In this document: in pieces, positions 8,826 to 16,392 of the stretch | Layout of the letters: every line of letters starts with the position of its first letter | Position numbering within the stretch: position 1 is the stretch's first letter | Assembly: GCA_048938295.1 (NCBI GenBank) | Contig: JBHLMI010000021.1 | Coordinates: 14,864-46,863, forward strand | Direction: 5' to 3' | Origin: Promethearchaeota archaeon | GTDB lineage: Archaea; Asgardarchaeota; Hermodarchaeia; Hermodarchaeales; Hermodarchaeaceae | DNA: 32,000 nt | Program-made: the position numbers and the translations under genes | The notes under the pieces: generated by a model | Seen by the model: the letters and a program-made list of their open reading frames with translations, nothing else | Told to the model about the DNA's origin: nothing | Databases searched by the model: none

Positions 8826-9191
8826 ATGCGATTACGTACGCCTCAATGGATTCAGCTAGAAGAAGTTGTGTTTGAGAATCCTGGAGATGAGATTTCTGGG
8901 TTAGTGATTGGAAAATTATTCCGGAAGGCACGGTTCGGGGAAATCCCCGTTTTTCTCCTCTACGATGTCGAAAAAAGCCGCATAATCGCTATTCAGGCGT
9001 GGGCGAAGATGCTGCGGAATTATCTTCAGGGTGGTTCGGGTCGAACAGGCGTACGGATGGGCGAATACATCACCATCACTTACCAAGGACGGAAGGCCAA
9101 GAAAAAACCGCCTGGAACATTTTATCATGTGTTTCGTCGAACGAGGAGCCATTATATTTCTAAACAGTATACATATCCCGAGAAAAAGTGA
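8826..9191 (+). CDS. Hypothetical protein, probable OB-fold ssDNA-binding type
   Basis: SD GGAGGG and TATA-like GTATATAAA near 8768. The pattern FENPGDEISG...GEYITITYQG...YHVF resembles virus/MGE-type OB-fold proteins (inference). Confidence 0.55.
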   Translation: MRLRTPQWIQLEEVVFENPGDEISGLVIGKLFRKARFGEIPVFLLYDVEKSRIIAIQAWAKMLRNYLQGGSGRTGVRMGEYITITYQGRKAKKKPPGTFYHVFRRTRSHYISKQYTYPEKK

Positions 9192-9217
9192 GTAGAGTCC
9201 TGTTAAGGTGATCTGTA

Positions 9218-10051
9218 TTGGTTATGGTTGTAAAATGGGACGGACGAAACGAAGAGTTTGATCCAAGTAAAATCGTTCGAACGTTGACTCGAATGGGAGC
9301 GCCTCAAAACGTTGCGGAAGAGATAGCAGATGACCTGGAAGACCACATTGAGGAGGGGATGACGACCAAGGAAATCTATGACATGGCAGTGACTGAACTT
9401 GAAACCCATAAAGAGGTCGTAGAATTTCGTCGCGATCTTCGCGATGGGCTAGCACGGATTGGCAGCGGCTTTATCTTCGAAGATTACGTACGCTTGCTCC
9501 TCGAAGAATACGGATATAAAGTGTCAGGAAATGTGGTAATTCAGGGGGCGTGCGTTAACCACGAAATCGACAGCATCGCGGAAAGAAACGGGGAAACCGT
9601 GTATGTGGAAATGAAACACCACAGCGTGTTGGAGCGGTACACCCCCTTCGAAGTGACATTAGCGGCAAAGGCAAAATGGGACGATTTGCAGGCCGGTTGT
9701 GACCAAGGATTAAATGATTGTAAATTTGACCGAGTTCTCATTGTGACGAATACGCGATTAACCCAACATGCTCAACGCTACGCCGAGTGTGTGGGAATGG
9801 AGCACTTTGGTTGGAACTCACCACGCGGTCGTGGGATCGAGTGGTTCATCGAAAACAAGAAACTGTATCCTATAACGATTTTGAGAACAATGAACGATGA
9901 AGAAAGGGATCAGTTGTATTCTCACAACATCCTAACACTTCGACAATTAGTCAATGCAGATCCAAAATCAGCGGGATTGTCGGAAAAACGTGTTAAAGAG
10001 CTGATTGATGAGACGCATCGTGTCTTTACTTGTTGCCAAGCAGATTCGTAG
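9218..10051 (+). CDS. ATP-cone domain + Mrr-like PD-(D/E)xK endonuclease protein
   Basis: N-terminal VVKWDGRNEEFDPSKIVRTL...GMTTKEIY is an ATP cone. FEDYV, HEIDSIA and VEMKHH form the nuclease core. The C-terminus is HhH-like. Confidence 0.8.
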   Translation: MVMVVKWDGRNEEFDPSKIVRTLTRMGAPQNVAEEIADDLEDHIEEGMTTKEIYDMAVTELETHKEVVEFRRDLRDGLARIGSGFIFEDYVRLLLEEYGYKVSGNVVIQGACVNHEIDSIAERNGETVYVEMKHHSVLERYTPFEVTLAAKAKWDDLQAGCDQGLNDCKFDRVLIVTNTRLTQHAQRYAECVGMEHFGWNSPRGRGIEWFIENKKLYPITILRTMNDEERDQLYSHNILTLRQLVNADPKSAGLSEKRVKELIDETHRVFTCCQADS

Positions 10052-10129
10052 CTACTTCAAATGTTACCAACACGAAAGTCTTTTGTTGAAGTTCAGTAGG
10101 ATAGGGCGGTGGTTACTAATCCTCGATAG

Positions 10130-10522
10130 GTGAAACTTATTATGGAAACTCTAGATGTTGGAAAACTCTTAGTGCGCATCGGTGCGCTTCTCATTATCAT
10201 TGCAGGCTTTGTACAAATCGGTGAATACGCAATTTACATTGTTATGGATTTCTTTAACTACGGATATACTGGTCCCTGGATGATGTTCTGGTTATCAACA
10301 GGGGTGGTAGCAGTCGTCTTCGGATTTCTAGTTATGTTCTCCTTCCTCCGGATGATTGACAAAAATCATGTCACGGCATCGATTCTCATCATCATCTTCG
10401 GGATTTTAGGGGCTGTATTCGCTGCTGAGTGGGCGATCATTGGCGCTCCTGGCGCCATTCTATGTTTGGCTGGAGCAATTCTTTTCTTCGTTGAAATGGG
10501 AAGCACAAACGGAGGAGCTTAG
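10130..10522 (+). CDS. Small multi-pass membrane protein
   Basis: 130 aa with about four hydrophobic segments. Confidence 0.7.
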   Translation: MKLIMETLDVGKLLVRIGALLIIIAGFVQIGEYAIYIVMDFFNYGYTGPWMMFWLSTGVVAVVFGFLVMFSFLRMIDKNHVTASILIIIFGILGAVFAAEWAIIGAPGAILCLAGAILFFVEMGSTNGGA

Positions 10523-10545
10523 GCTCCTTCCTCCACTCTTTTTTT
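10511..10545 (+). terminator. Hairpin + T-tract at the end of the membrane protein gene
   Basis: GGAGGAGC-TTAG-GCTCCTTCC followed by CTCTTTTTTT. Confidence 0.45.
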
Positions 10546-10584
10546 ATTCATGGAAAGGTTGCACTTGTTTGAGGCTAGTCGCCC

Positions 10585-11667
10585 GTGAACTATCATCTTG
10601 TCTTGACTCATCGGTGTAACCTGAACTGCGATTATTGCCACGGGGGGGAAGCCGATGGCCCCCACACTGAAATCGAGTATTCCTTAGATGATCTTGCTAA
10701 GTTCCTCCGACAGGATTCTGATGTCCAACTAATGTTCTATGGGGGCGAACCCACTCTTCGGATTCCGCTCATGACGGATATCATAACCCGGTTTCCATCC
10801 GCCCGGTATATGCTACAGACCAATGGGCTTCTGCTTCATCATATTCCCGTGGGCTATTTACCTTACTTTCATTCGATTCTTGTCTCAATTGATGGAAGAG
10901 AAGAAATAACGGATGGGTACCGATCAAAGGGCGTATATAATCAAGTAATAGAGAATGTGCGCTGGTTATACGAGCATGACTATAAGGGTGACATTGTTGC
11001 CCGAATGGCAGTGTCTGAGCAGACTGATATTTACCAGGATGTACGGCATCTCCTTGACCTTCAAGATCCGCACTTTCAGCATGTTCACTGGCAACTGAAT
11101 GTGGTCTGGGACGAGGAGGAGAATTGGATTGATTTTGACCGGTGGGTTCGTGAATCCTACTATCCAGGAATTAGTCGATTAGTGAACGACTGGCTCGCTA
11201 AAATGCGAACGGGGACCGTTGAAGGTATCGTCCCATTTTTGCCAATAATGCACGATCTGTTAACAGGAAACAAGAGTCGGATCCGATGTGGCGCAGGTCA
11301 TGATACCTTTGCGATTCATGTGGATGGATCGATTGGCATTTGTCCAATTTCACCGGATTGGCCCTTTTCAATAGTGGGAGACCTTTGGTCATCAAAGCCG
11401 TCAGAACTCCGTGACAGCATGTTGTTTGGCGAACCGTGCCCATCTTGTAAAGAATTTGGGTTGTGTGGAGGACGGTGTTTGTTTGCGAACAAGCAGCGGT
11501 TGTGGGGTGAGGAGGGGTTTCTCAAAGTGTGTGAAGCGGTAAAACACCTTCTGGGGTGCCTCAGAGATATTTTACCCGAAGTTCATAGGCTAATCGCACA
11601 AGGAAAAATTGCACTCAATGACTTCGTGTACCCGGAATTTAATAATGGCTGTGAGATTATTCCGTAA
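10585..11667 (+). CDS. Radical SAM/SPASM protein (AF0577 / TIGR04084-like)
   Basis: CNLNCDYC, FYGGEP, QTNG and SIDG motifs; SPASM cysteines CGAG, ICP and CPSCKEFGLCGGRC; terminal NGCEIIP. Confidence 0.8.
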   Translation: MNYHLVLTHRCNLNCDYCHGGEADGPHTEIEYSLDDLAKFLRQDSDVQLMFYGGEPTLRIPLMTDIITRFPSARYMLQTNGLLLHHIPVGYLPYFHSILVSIDGREEITDGYRSKGVYNQVIENVRWLYEHDYKGDIVARMAVSEQTDIYQDVRHLLDLQDPHFQHVHWQLNVVWDEEENWIDFDRWVRESYYPGISRLVNDWLAKMRTGTVEGIVPFLPIMHDLLTGNKSRIRCGAGHDTFAIHVDGSIGICPISPDWPFSIVGDLWSSKPSELRDSMLFGEPCPSCKEFGLCGGRCLFANKQRLWGEEGFLKVCEAVKHLLGCLRDILPEVHRLIAQGKIALNDFVYPEFNNGCEIIP

Positions 11668-11753
11668 GGCTGATGAAAAGTGGTCTCAGGCGAAAACCCT
11701 TTTGGTAGTCTACCGATAACAAGTATCACTCAACTCTTTTGGAGGTCCTGTAA

Positions 11754-12947
11754 TTGCCCATTGTGAAAATTCCCAAGTACCGGTTTGAGGAACGCTTAGC
11801 CAAGTTACGCCAGACACTTGCGAAAGAAAAAATTGCGCATTTCATTGTGTTTAACCCAACCCATATCTATTATCTCACAGGGTTTGTCCACATCCCAACG
11901 GAACGCCCATTTGCCCTGATCGTACAAGACTCGGATATCAGCTTCTTTGTCCCAGAGTTAGAAAAACAGCACGTCGAAGAAGAAGTGCCAGGGGTGGCAA
12001 AGATTGGCAGCTACTTCGACTATCCTGATTCCGAGCATCCAATGAAGCATTTCGCTGCCTTCCTAAAAGAGGAGCTAAAAATCAAGGATCGATTAGGCGC
12101 TGAAGCACCAGGGAGTTCAGGTCGGTGGGGGTATGAGGGACCGAAGTTAGAAGAAGTCTTAGGATTTCCCGTGAAGGTGGAATCACAGCTATTGACGAAT
12201 ATGCGAATTATCAAAGATACAGATGAGCTGGCCTGTATTCGTGAGTCAGCCATGTGGGCAAATCTAGCCCACCAACTGCTTCAGGATAAGACCAAAGTTG
12301 GTCTAAACGAAGTCGAGGTTTCTACACAGGCATCCCTCGAAGCGTCGATGGCAATGGGTAAAGCCCTAGGCATCGCCTATCGTCCATTTGCGATTAGTGG
12401 GTTACCAGTTCATGCAGGTTACCGCGGTCAGATTGGCACCTACTCTGCAATCCCCCATGCGATGACACGGTTCACAGTCTTCAAGGCTGGAGATACCCTC
12501 GTGACGGGGGCTACAGCCAATGTCGCTGGGTATTATGCTGAATTGGAACGAACCATGTTTTTAGGAGAACCGAACGCGAAACAACGGAAATACTTTGATA
12601 TTATGATGGAAGCCCAACAAGCTGCCTTTGATGCTTTTGCTCCTGGCAAGCCCTGTTCAATCGTTGATAAAGCCACGCGAACCGTGTTTAAACAACATGG
12701 GGTTATGGAACTGGTTCAACACCACACGGGGCATTCCATCGGGCTAGAGGGACATGAAAAACCGTTTCTTGACCATGGAATAGATAATACTATGGAACCG
12801 GGCATGGTCTTTACCGTAGAACCCGGAATCTATGATCGGACAATTGGCGGCTTTCGTCATTCCGATACCGTGTTTATCACCGATGATGGGATTGAGAAGG
12901 TGACTTACTATCCCTGGGATATCGAATACCTAACTATTGACATCTAG
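11754..12947 (+). CDS. M24 (Xaa-Pro peptidase/creatinase) family hydrolase with non-canonical metal ligands
   Basis: Creatinase-N domain (IYYLTGF), IIKDTDEL, TGHSIGLEGHE and TVEPG. Confidence 0.85.
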   Translation: MPIVKIPKYRFEERLAKLRQTLAKEKIAHFIVFNPTHIYYLTGFVHIPTERPFALIVQDSDISFFVPELEKQHVEEEVPGVAKIGSYFDYPDSEHPMKHFAAFLKEELKIKDRLGAEAPGSSGRWGYEGPKLEEVLGFPVKVESQLLTNMRIIKDTDELACIRESAMWANLAHQLLQDKTKVGLNEVEVSTQASLEASMAMGKALGIAYRPFAISGLPVHAGYRGQIGTYSAIPHAMTRFTVFKAGDTLVTGATANVAGYYAELERTMFLGEPNAKQRKYFDIMMEAQQAAFDAFAPGKPCSIVDKATRTVFKQHGVMELVQHHTGHSIGLEGHEKPFLDHGIDNTMEPGMVFTVEPGIYDRTIGGFRHSDTVFITDDGIEKVTYYPWDIEYLTIDI

Positions 12948-12968
12948 ACATCTGCTTCGGCAAATTCC

Positions 12969-13550
12969 TCAGCGCGGTTTACAAATCAATTCTTGAATGT
13001 ACAAGTCGAAGACATTGTTCGTATGCGCTGGCTGAACTACTATGGCGGTATCGACACCACGATTAGTTCCTCCGAGTGCGATGATGGATTGGTCCATGGG
13101 AATCAGTCCCGCATCTGCGGCCATGAGGGTGATTTCGACCCCGACTTTTACACCTTGACCTAGCATTTTGAGGGCGCTGGCAATCACAATGGCAGGACCA
13201 ATGGTATCGAACTTATTTCGTATACCCCGTTCAACGCCGCTAAGCGCATGGCTGGCTGTGAGGATTGGGGTGTTTGATTCTTCGAGGATTTTTCGATGTT
13301 CGGGGAGGAGCTGGTTTTTGCCGGATTCTTTGAACCCGCTCATGTGAGTGACAACAACTAGGTTCACTTCGTTCATGATTTCTAAGGCTTTGACGGCGGT
13401 GGCACCCGATGTCGTAGGCACCACAATGTGAGTTATTTTCAATTGTTTGGCTCGTTGATAGGCGAGGCGAAGGGTTTCATCGGTATTCTTTGTGGTCTTT
13501 TCTTCAAAATAGGTGACTGGGACTTTCATGAGAGTCTTTTCATTTTTCAT
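12969..13550 (-). CDS. Pyruvate kinase alpha/beta (PK_C)-like stand-alone protein (archaeal MTH1675-like family)
   Basis: YFE...NTDETL, VVPTTSGATA, VVVTH, HALSGVER and GQGVKVGVEITLMAADAG. Start is ATG 13550; the longer ORF call overlaps the divergent gene. Confidence 0.8.
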   Translation of the reverse strand: MKNEKTLMKVPVTYFEEKTTKNTDETLRLAYQRAKQLKITHIVVPTTSGATAVKALEIMNEVNLVVVTHMSGFKESGKNQLLPEHRKILEESNTPILTASHALSGVERGIRNKFDTIGPAIVIASALKMLGQGVKVGVEITLMAADAGLIPMDQSIIALGGTNRGVDTAIVVQPAHTNNVFDLYIQELICKPR

Positions 13551-13607
13551 AGTTGATAAACCTCTAGCTTTTTTTGGTACAGAGGTTACTCTCAATACGG
13601 TGCCGGT

Positions 13608-14285
13608 ATGAGTGAGATTCCTGAAAACATCGAAGAAACTGTGGTTCAACGTTTCAATGAGGAATTGAAGGATCCTGTAAGACTTGTCTTTTTCACGCAG
13701 GAGATGGAATGCCCTTTTTGTGCCCAAACACATAAGCTTCTAGAAACGGTGGCTAATCTTTCGGAAAAGATCACTTTTGAAGTATACGATTTTATCAAGG
13801 ACAAAGATAAGGCAGAGGAGTTAGGGATTGATAAGATACCAGCGCTGGCCATTTTGGGCGAAAAGGATTATGGGCTCCGGATGTTTGGTATTCCGTCAGG
13901 ATACGAGTTTCAGACATTAGTTGAAGGAATAGTGTTTGCCTCGACAGGGAACAGTGAGTTATCGCCAAAAGCACAAGAAGCCCTACGAAAAGCAGCAACC
14001 AAACCCGTCAAAATTCAAATCTTTGTAATCCCGACATGTCCTGTATGCCCTGTCCTCGGAGCCATAGCGTTTCAGTTTGCCATTGCCAGCGCCAATATTT
14101 CCGTTGATATAGTTGAAATTGCGGAATTCCCGCATCTTGCGATAAAATATAATGTGATCGGAACACCCAAGGCTGCACTGAATGAAAAAGTGCAATTCGA
14201 AGGACTGGTGCCTCCTAGACAATTCTTGGCGTTCATCCAGCAAGCAGCCCAAGGCTCACCGACAGGCATTTCTCCAACGATCTAA
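13608..14285 (+). CDS. Protein disulfide oxidoreductase (two thioredoxin folds, archaeal PDO/glutaredoxin-like)
   Basis: CPFC and CPVC sites, FGIPSGYEFQTL and VIGTP. Confidence 0.9.
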   Translation: MSEIPENIEETVVQRFNEELKDPVRLVFFTQEMECPFCAQTHKLLETVANLSEKITFEVYDFIKDKDKAEELGIDKIPALAILGEKDYGLRMFGIPSGYEFQTLVEGIVFASTGNSELSPKAQEALRKAATKPVKIQIFVIPTCPVCPVLGAIAFQFAIASANISVDIVEIAEFPHLAIKYNVIGTPKAALNEKVQFEGLVPPRQFLAFIQQAAQGSPTGISPTI

Positions 14286-14309
14286 AGTGCTGAGTAACTG
14301 GAACTTATT

Positions 14310-15323
14310 GTGGATGTGAATCATGTGACAGACCAACAACCAATGTATGATCTCGCCATTATTGGTGGCGGAGTAACTGGTCTCGCGGCAGCGATGTATG
14401 CAGGACGTATGAAGCTGCGAACCGTCCTGATTGGTTATCCCCCGGGTGGAGTACTTGCCACCACGGATTGGATTGAAAACTACCCGGGATTCATCTCCTT
14501 ATCGGGAAAAGAATTAGCTGACAAAATAATGGCTCACGCCAAAGAGTATGAGGCGGACATGGTCTTTGATGAGGCCACAGAGATTACCCGGGACGACCGA
14601 TGTTTTACCGTCAATACTGCGTTCGACGAATATCGGGCAAAAACAGTGCTTTTTGCGACTGGAACGCGTTATCGCAAACTTGCGGTGCCTGGTGCAGATA
14701 CCTTTGAAGGGAAAGGGATCCAATTTTGTGGCCTCTGTGATGGACCGATGTTTCAAGACAAAGTTGTGGCAGTTGTAGGAGGCAGTGATAGTGCCGCAAA
14801 GGAGGCCTTGATCCTGGCACAATGGGCAAAGCACATCTATGTCATTATTCGCGGGGATCAGTTGAAAGCCGAGCCGGTCAATCTGGAACGGGTCAACAAA
14901 ACAGAGAAAATCACGCTTGTATTCAACACCAACGTAACCAGTATTGAAGGAAGTCAGGGTATCGAAAAAATCGTATTGGATCAGTCTTTTGAAGGAAAAA
15001 ATGAACTTGCGGTGAAAGGCGTGTTCATCGCCATTGGAAGTCTTCCCTTATCTCAATTGGCAGTACAACTGGGTGTTCAAGTTAACGAGAAGGGAGAAAT
15101 CCTCATTAACCGCCAAACAGAAACCAATATCCCAGGTGTGTTTGCAGCAGGGGATGTGACAGATACACAGTTTAAACAAGCGATTACTGGTGTAGCCGAG
15201 GGAGTTACTGCCGCTTATCAAGCGTACAGATATTTGGGCGGAGAATTTGTTTGCACCTGTGTTGATGCGGACTATCTGGATTGCCCAGCTGCGTCTGAAG
15301 ATTTGCGTGGACGCACTGAATAA
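14310..15323 (+). CDS. trxB: Thioredoxin reductase (low-Mr type)
   Basis: IIGGGVTG, IENYPG, CGLCD active site, VVGGSDSA and GVFAAGDVT. Confidence 0.9.
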   Translation: MDVNHVTDQQPMYDLAIIGGGVTGLAAAMYAGRMKLRTVLIGYPPGGVLATTDWIENYPGFISLSGKELADKIMAHAKEYEADMVFDEATEITRDDRCFTVNTAFDEYRAKTVLFATGTRYRKLAVPGADTFEGKGIQFCGLCDGPMFQDKVVAVVGGSDSAAKEALILAQWAKHIYVIIRGDQLKAEPVNLERVNKTEKITLVFNTNVTSIEGSQGIEKIVLDQSFEGKNELAVKGVFIAIGSLPLSQLAVQLGVQVNEKGEILINRQTETNIPGVFAAGDVTDTQFKQAITGVAEGVTAAYQAYRYLGGEFVCTCVDADYLDCPAASEDLRGRTE

Positions 15324-15421
15324 CATCATTTGATGGAGATAGAGAAAGAAGTCCTATTATGATTAAGAACGCTTACGACAGGCGCTTCGTAGAAGAAAAC
15401 CATACCCCAACAACATAAATG

Positions 15422-16291
15422 TCATTCAGGGATTGGATGCCACAAAGTTGGATTAGTTTTGATATAGTATTTCATCTGTTCAGAGACTTTGAAGCCTTCA
15501 GTCTCGAAGATATGCCGCGCAGGGGTATTGGCAACTGAAACTCGAAGCCATGCCCGGAAATGACCTTGTCCCGCGAGGTGGTTTTTTGCCCATTGGGTCA
15601 TTTTGCGACCATAACCCTTTCCTCTCAGGTTGGGATGAACACCAAGCATTCCAATGGTGGGACCCTCAAAGCTGATCACTCCCACGGTGTTGGCTTGATC
15701 TTTGACTAAGATGACTTCCATTTGGGAGAGGGTTGATTCGAGTTTGTCTGGGGGAAGATGCCGGATATTATAGACTACTGTACGGAGTAAACGACCTGGT
15801 GTATTAGCCATCATCGTTTCGAGGTTATGTAACACGAGGGAGGTTTCATCAGGAGAAGTACGGGTGAACGTTAACTCCGTCTGAGGTGGCGTTATGTCCT
15901 GTAAGGGAACGCCCATTTTTACAGTTTCATCGTATACCGAAAAGCTCGCATTTTCTAGCGATTGAATCGTCGCTTGTTTATCAGCGCTGACGACACAGCT
16001 AATGTAGGCGGCCTGCTGCGGAGTAGCAATCGTGTCAGCTTCATCCAGGATCCGTGTTACTGCACTCGGTTCATGACGAAATAGATAGACTTGGATGAAG
16101 GTAGTACTAGCGGGTTGTAATAGGTCTCGAGGTTCCTTGGCTGCCACTATTAATCCCAAGACAATTTGTTCGTGGACAAGTGCCCAGAAAGGGAACTTAG
16201 CTTGCTCGAAGATGGTTTTCAATCCGAGAAATTGATCCGAGTACGTTGCCATATCGGGCTCTGTGGATGCAAGAAGACGCATACTCTTCAC
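15422..16291 (-). CDS. GNAT family N-acetyltransferase, paralog of 5091..5942
   Basis: LGVHPNLRGKGYG and NTPARHIFETEGF. The N-terminal AKEPRDLLQPASTTFIQVY aligns by eye with GKEPMQLFKPVGTPLIRLY. Confidence 0.8.
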   Translation of the reverse strand: MKSMRLLASTEPDMATYSDQFLGLKTIFEQAKFPFWALVHEQIVLGLIVAAKEPRDLLQPASTTFIQVYLFRHEPSAVTRILDEADTIATPQQAAYISCVVSADKQATIQSLENASFSVYDETVKMGVPLQDITPPQTELTFTRTSPDETSLVLHNLETMMANTPGRLLRTVVYNIRHLPPDKLESTLSQMEVILVKDQANTVGVISFEGPTIGMLGVHPNLRGKGYGRKMTQWAKNHLAGQGHFRAWLRVSVANTPARHIFETEGFKVSEQMKYYIKTNPTLWHPIPE

Positions 16292-16392
16292 CTGCTTCTT
16301 GAAATTCCTTCCAATAAAGCCACTTAAAGATGGTGTCAGTGATAGAGATTCCAGAATTTCATCAGGGGATTCGCAGACCTGGATTTTTTCAC

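Noticed and set aside
13551-13733. Long N-terminal extensions in the ORF track (also 3250-3399 and 21944-22111)
   Set aside because: They overlap a divergent gene or promoter DNA. Homology-like sequence begins only at the downstream ATG.
13608-15323. Selenocysteine in PDO or thioredoxin reductase
   Set aside because: All redox motifs are encoded as Cys, there is no in-frame TGA, and the stops are TAA.
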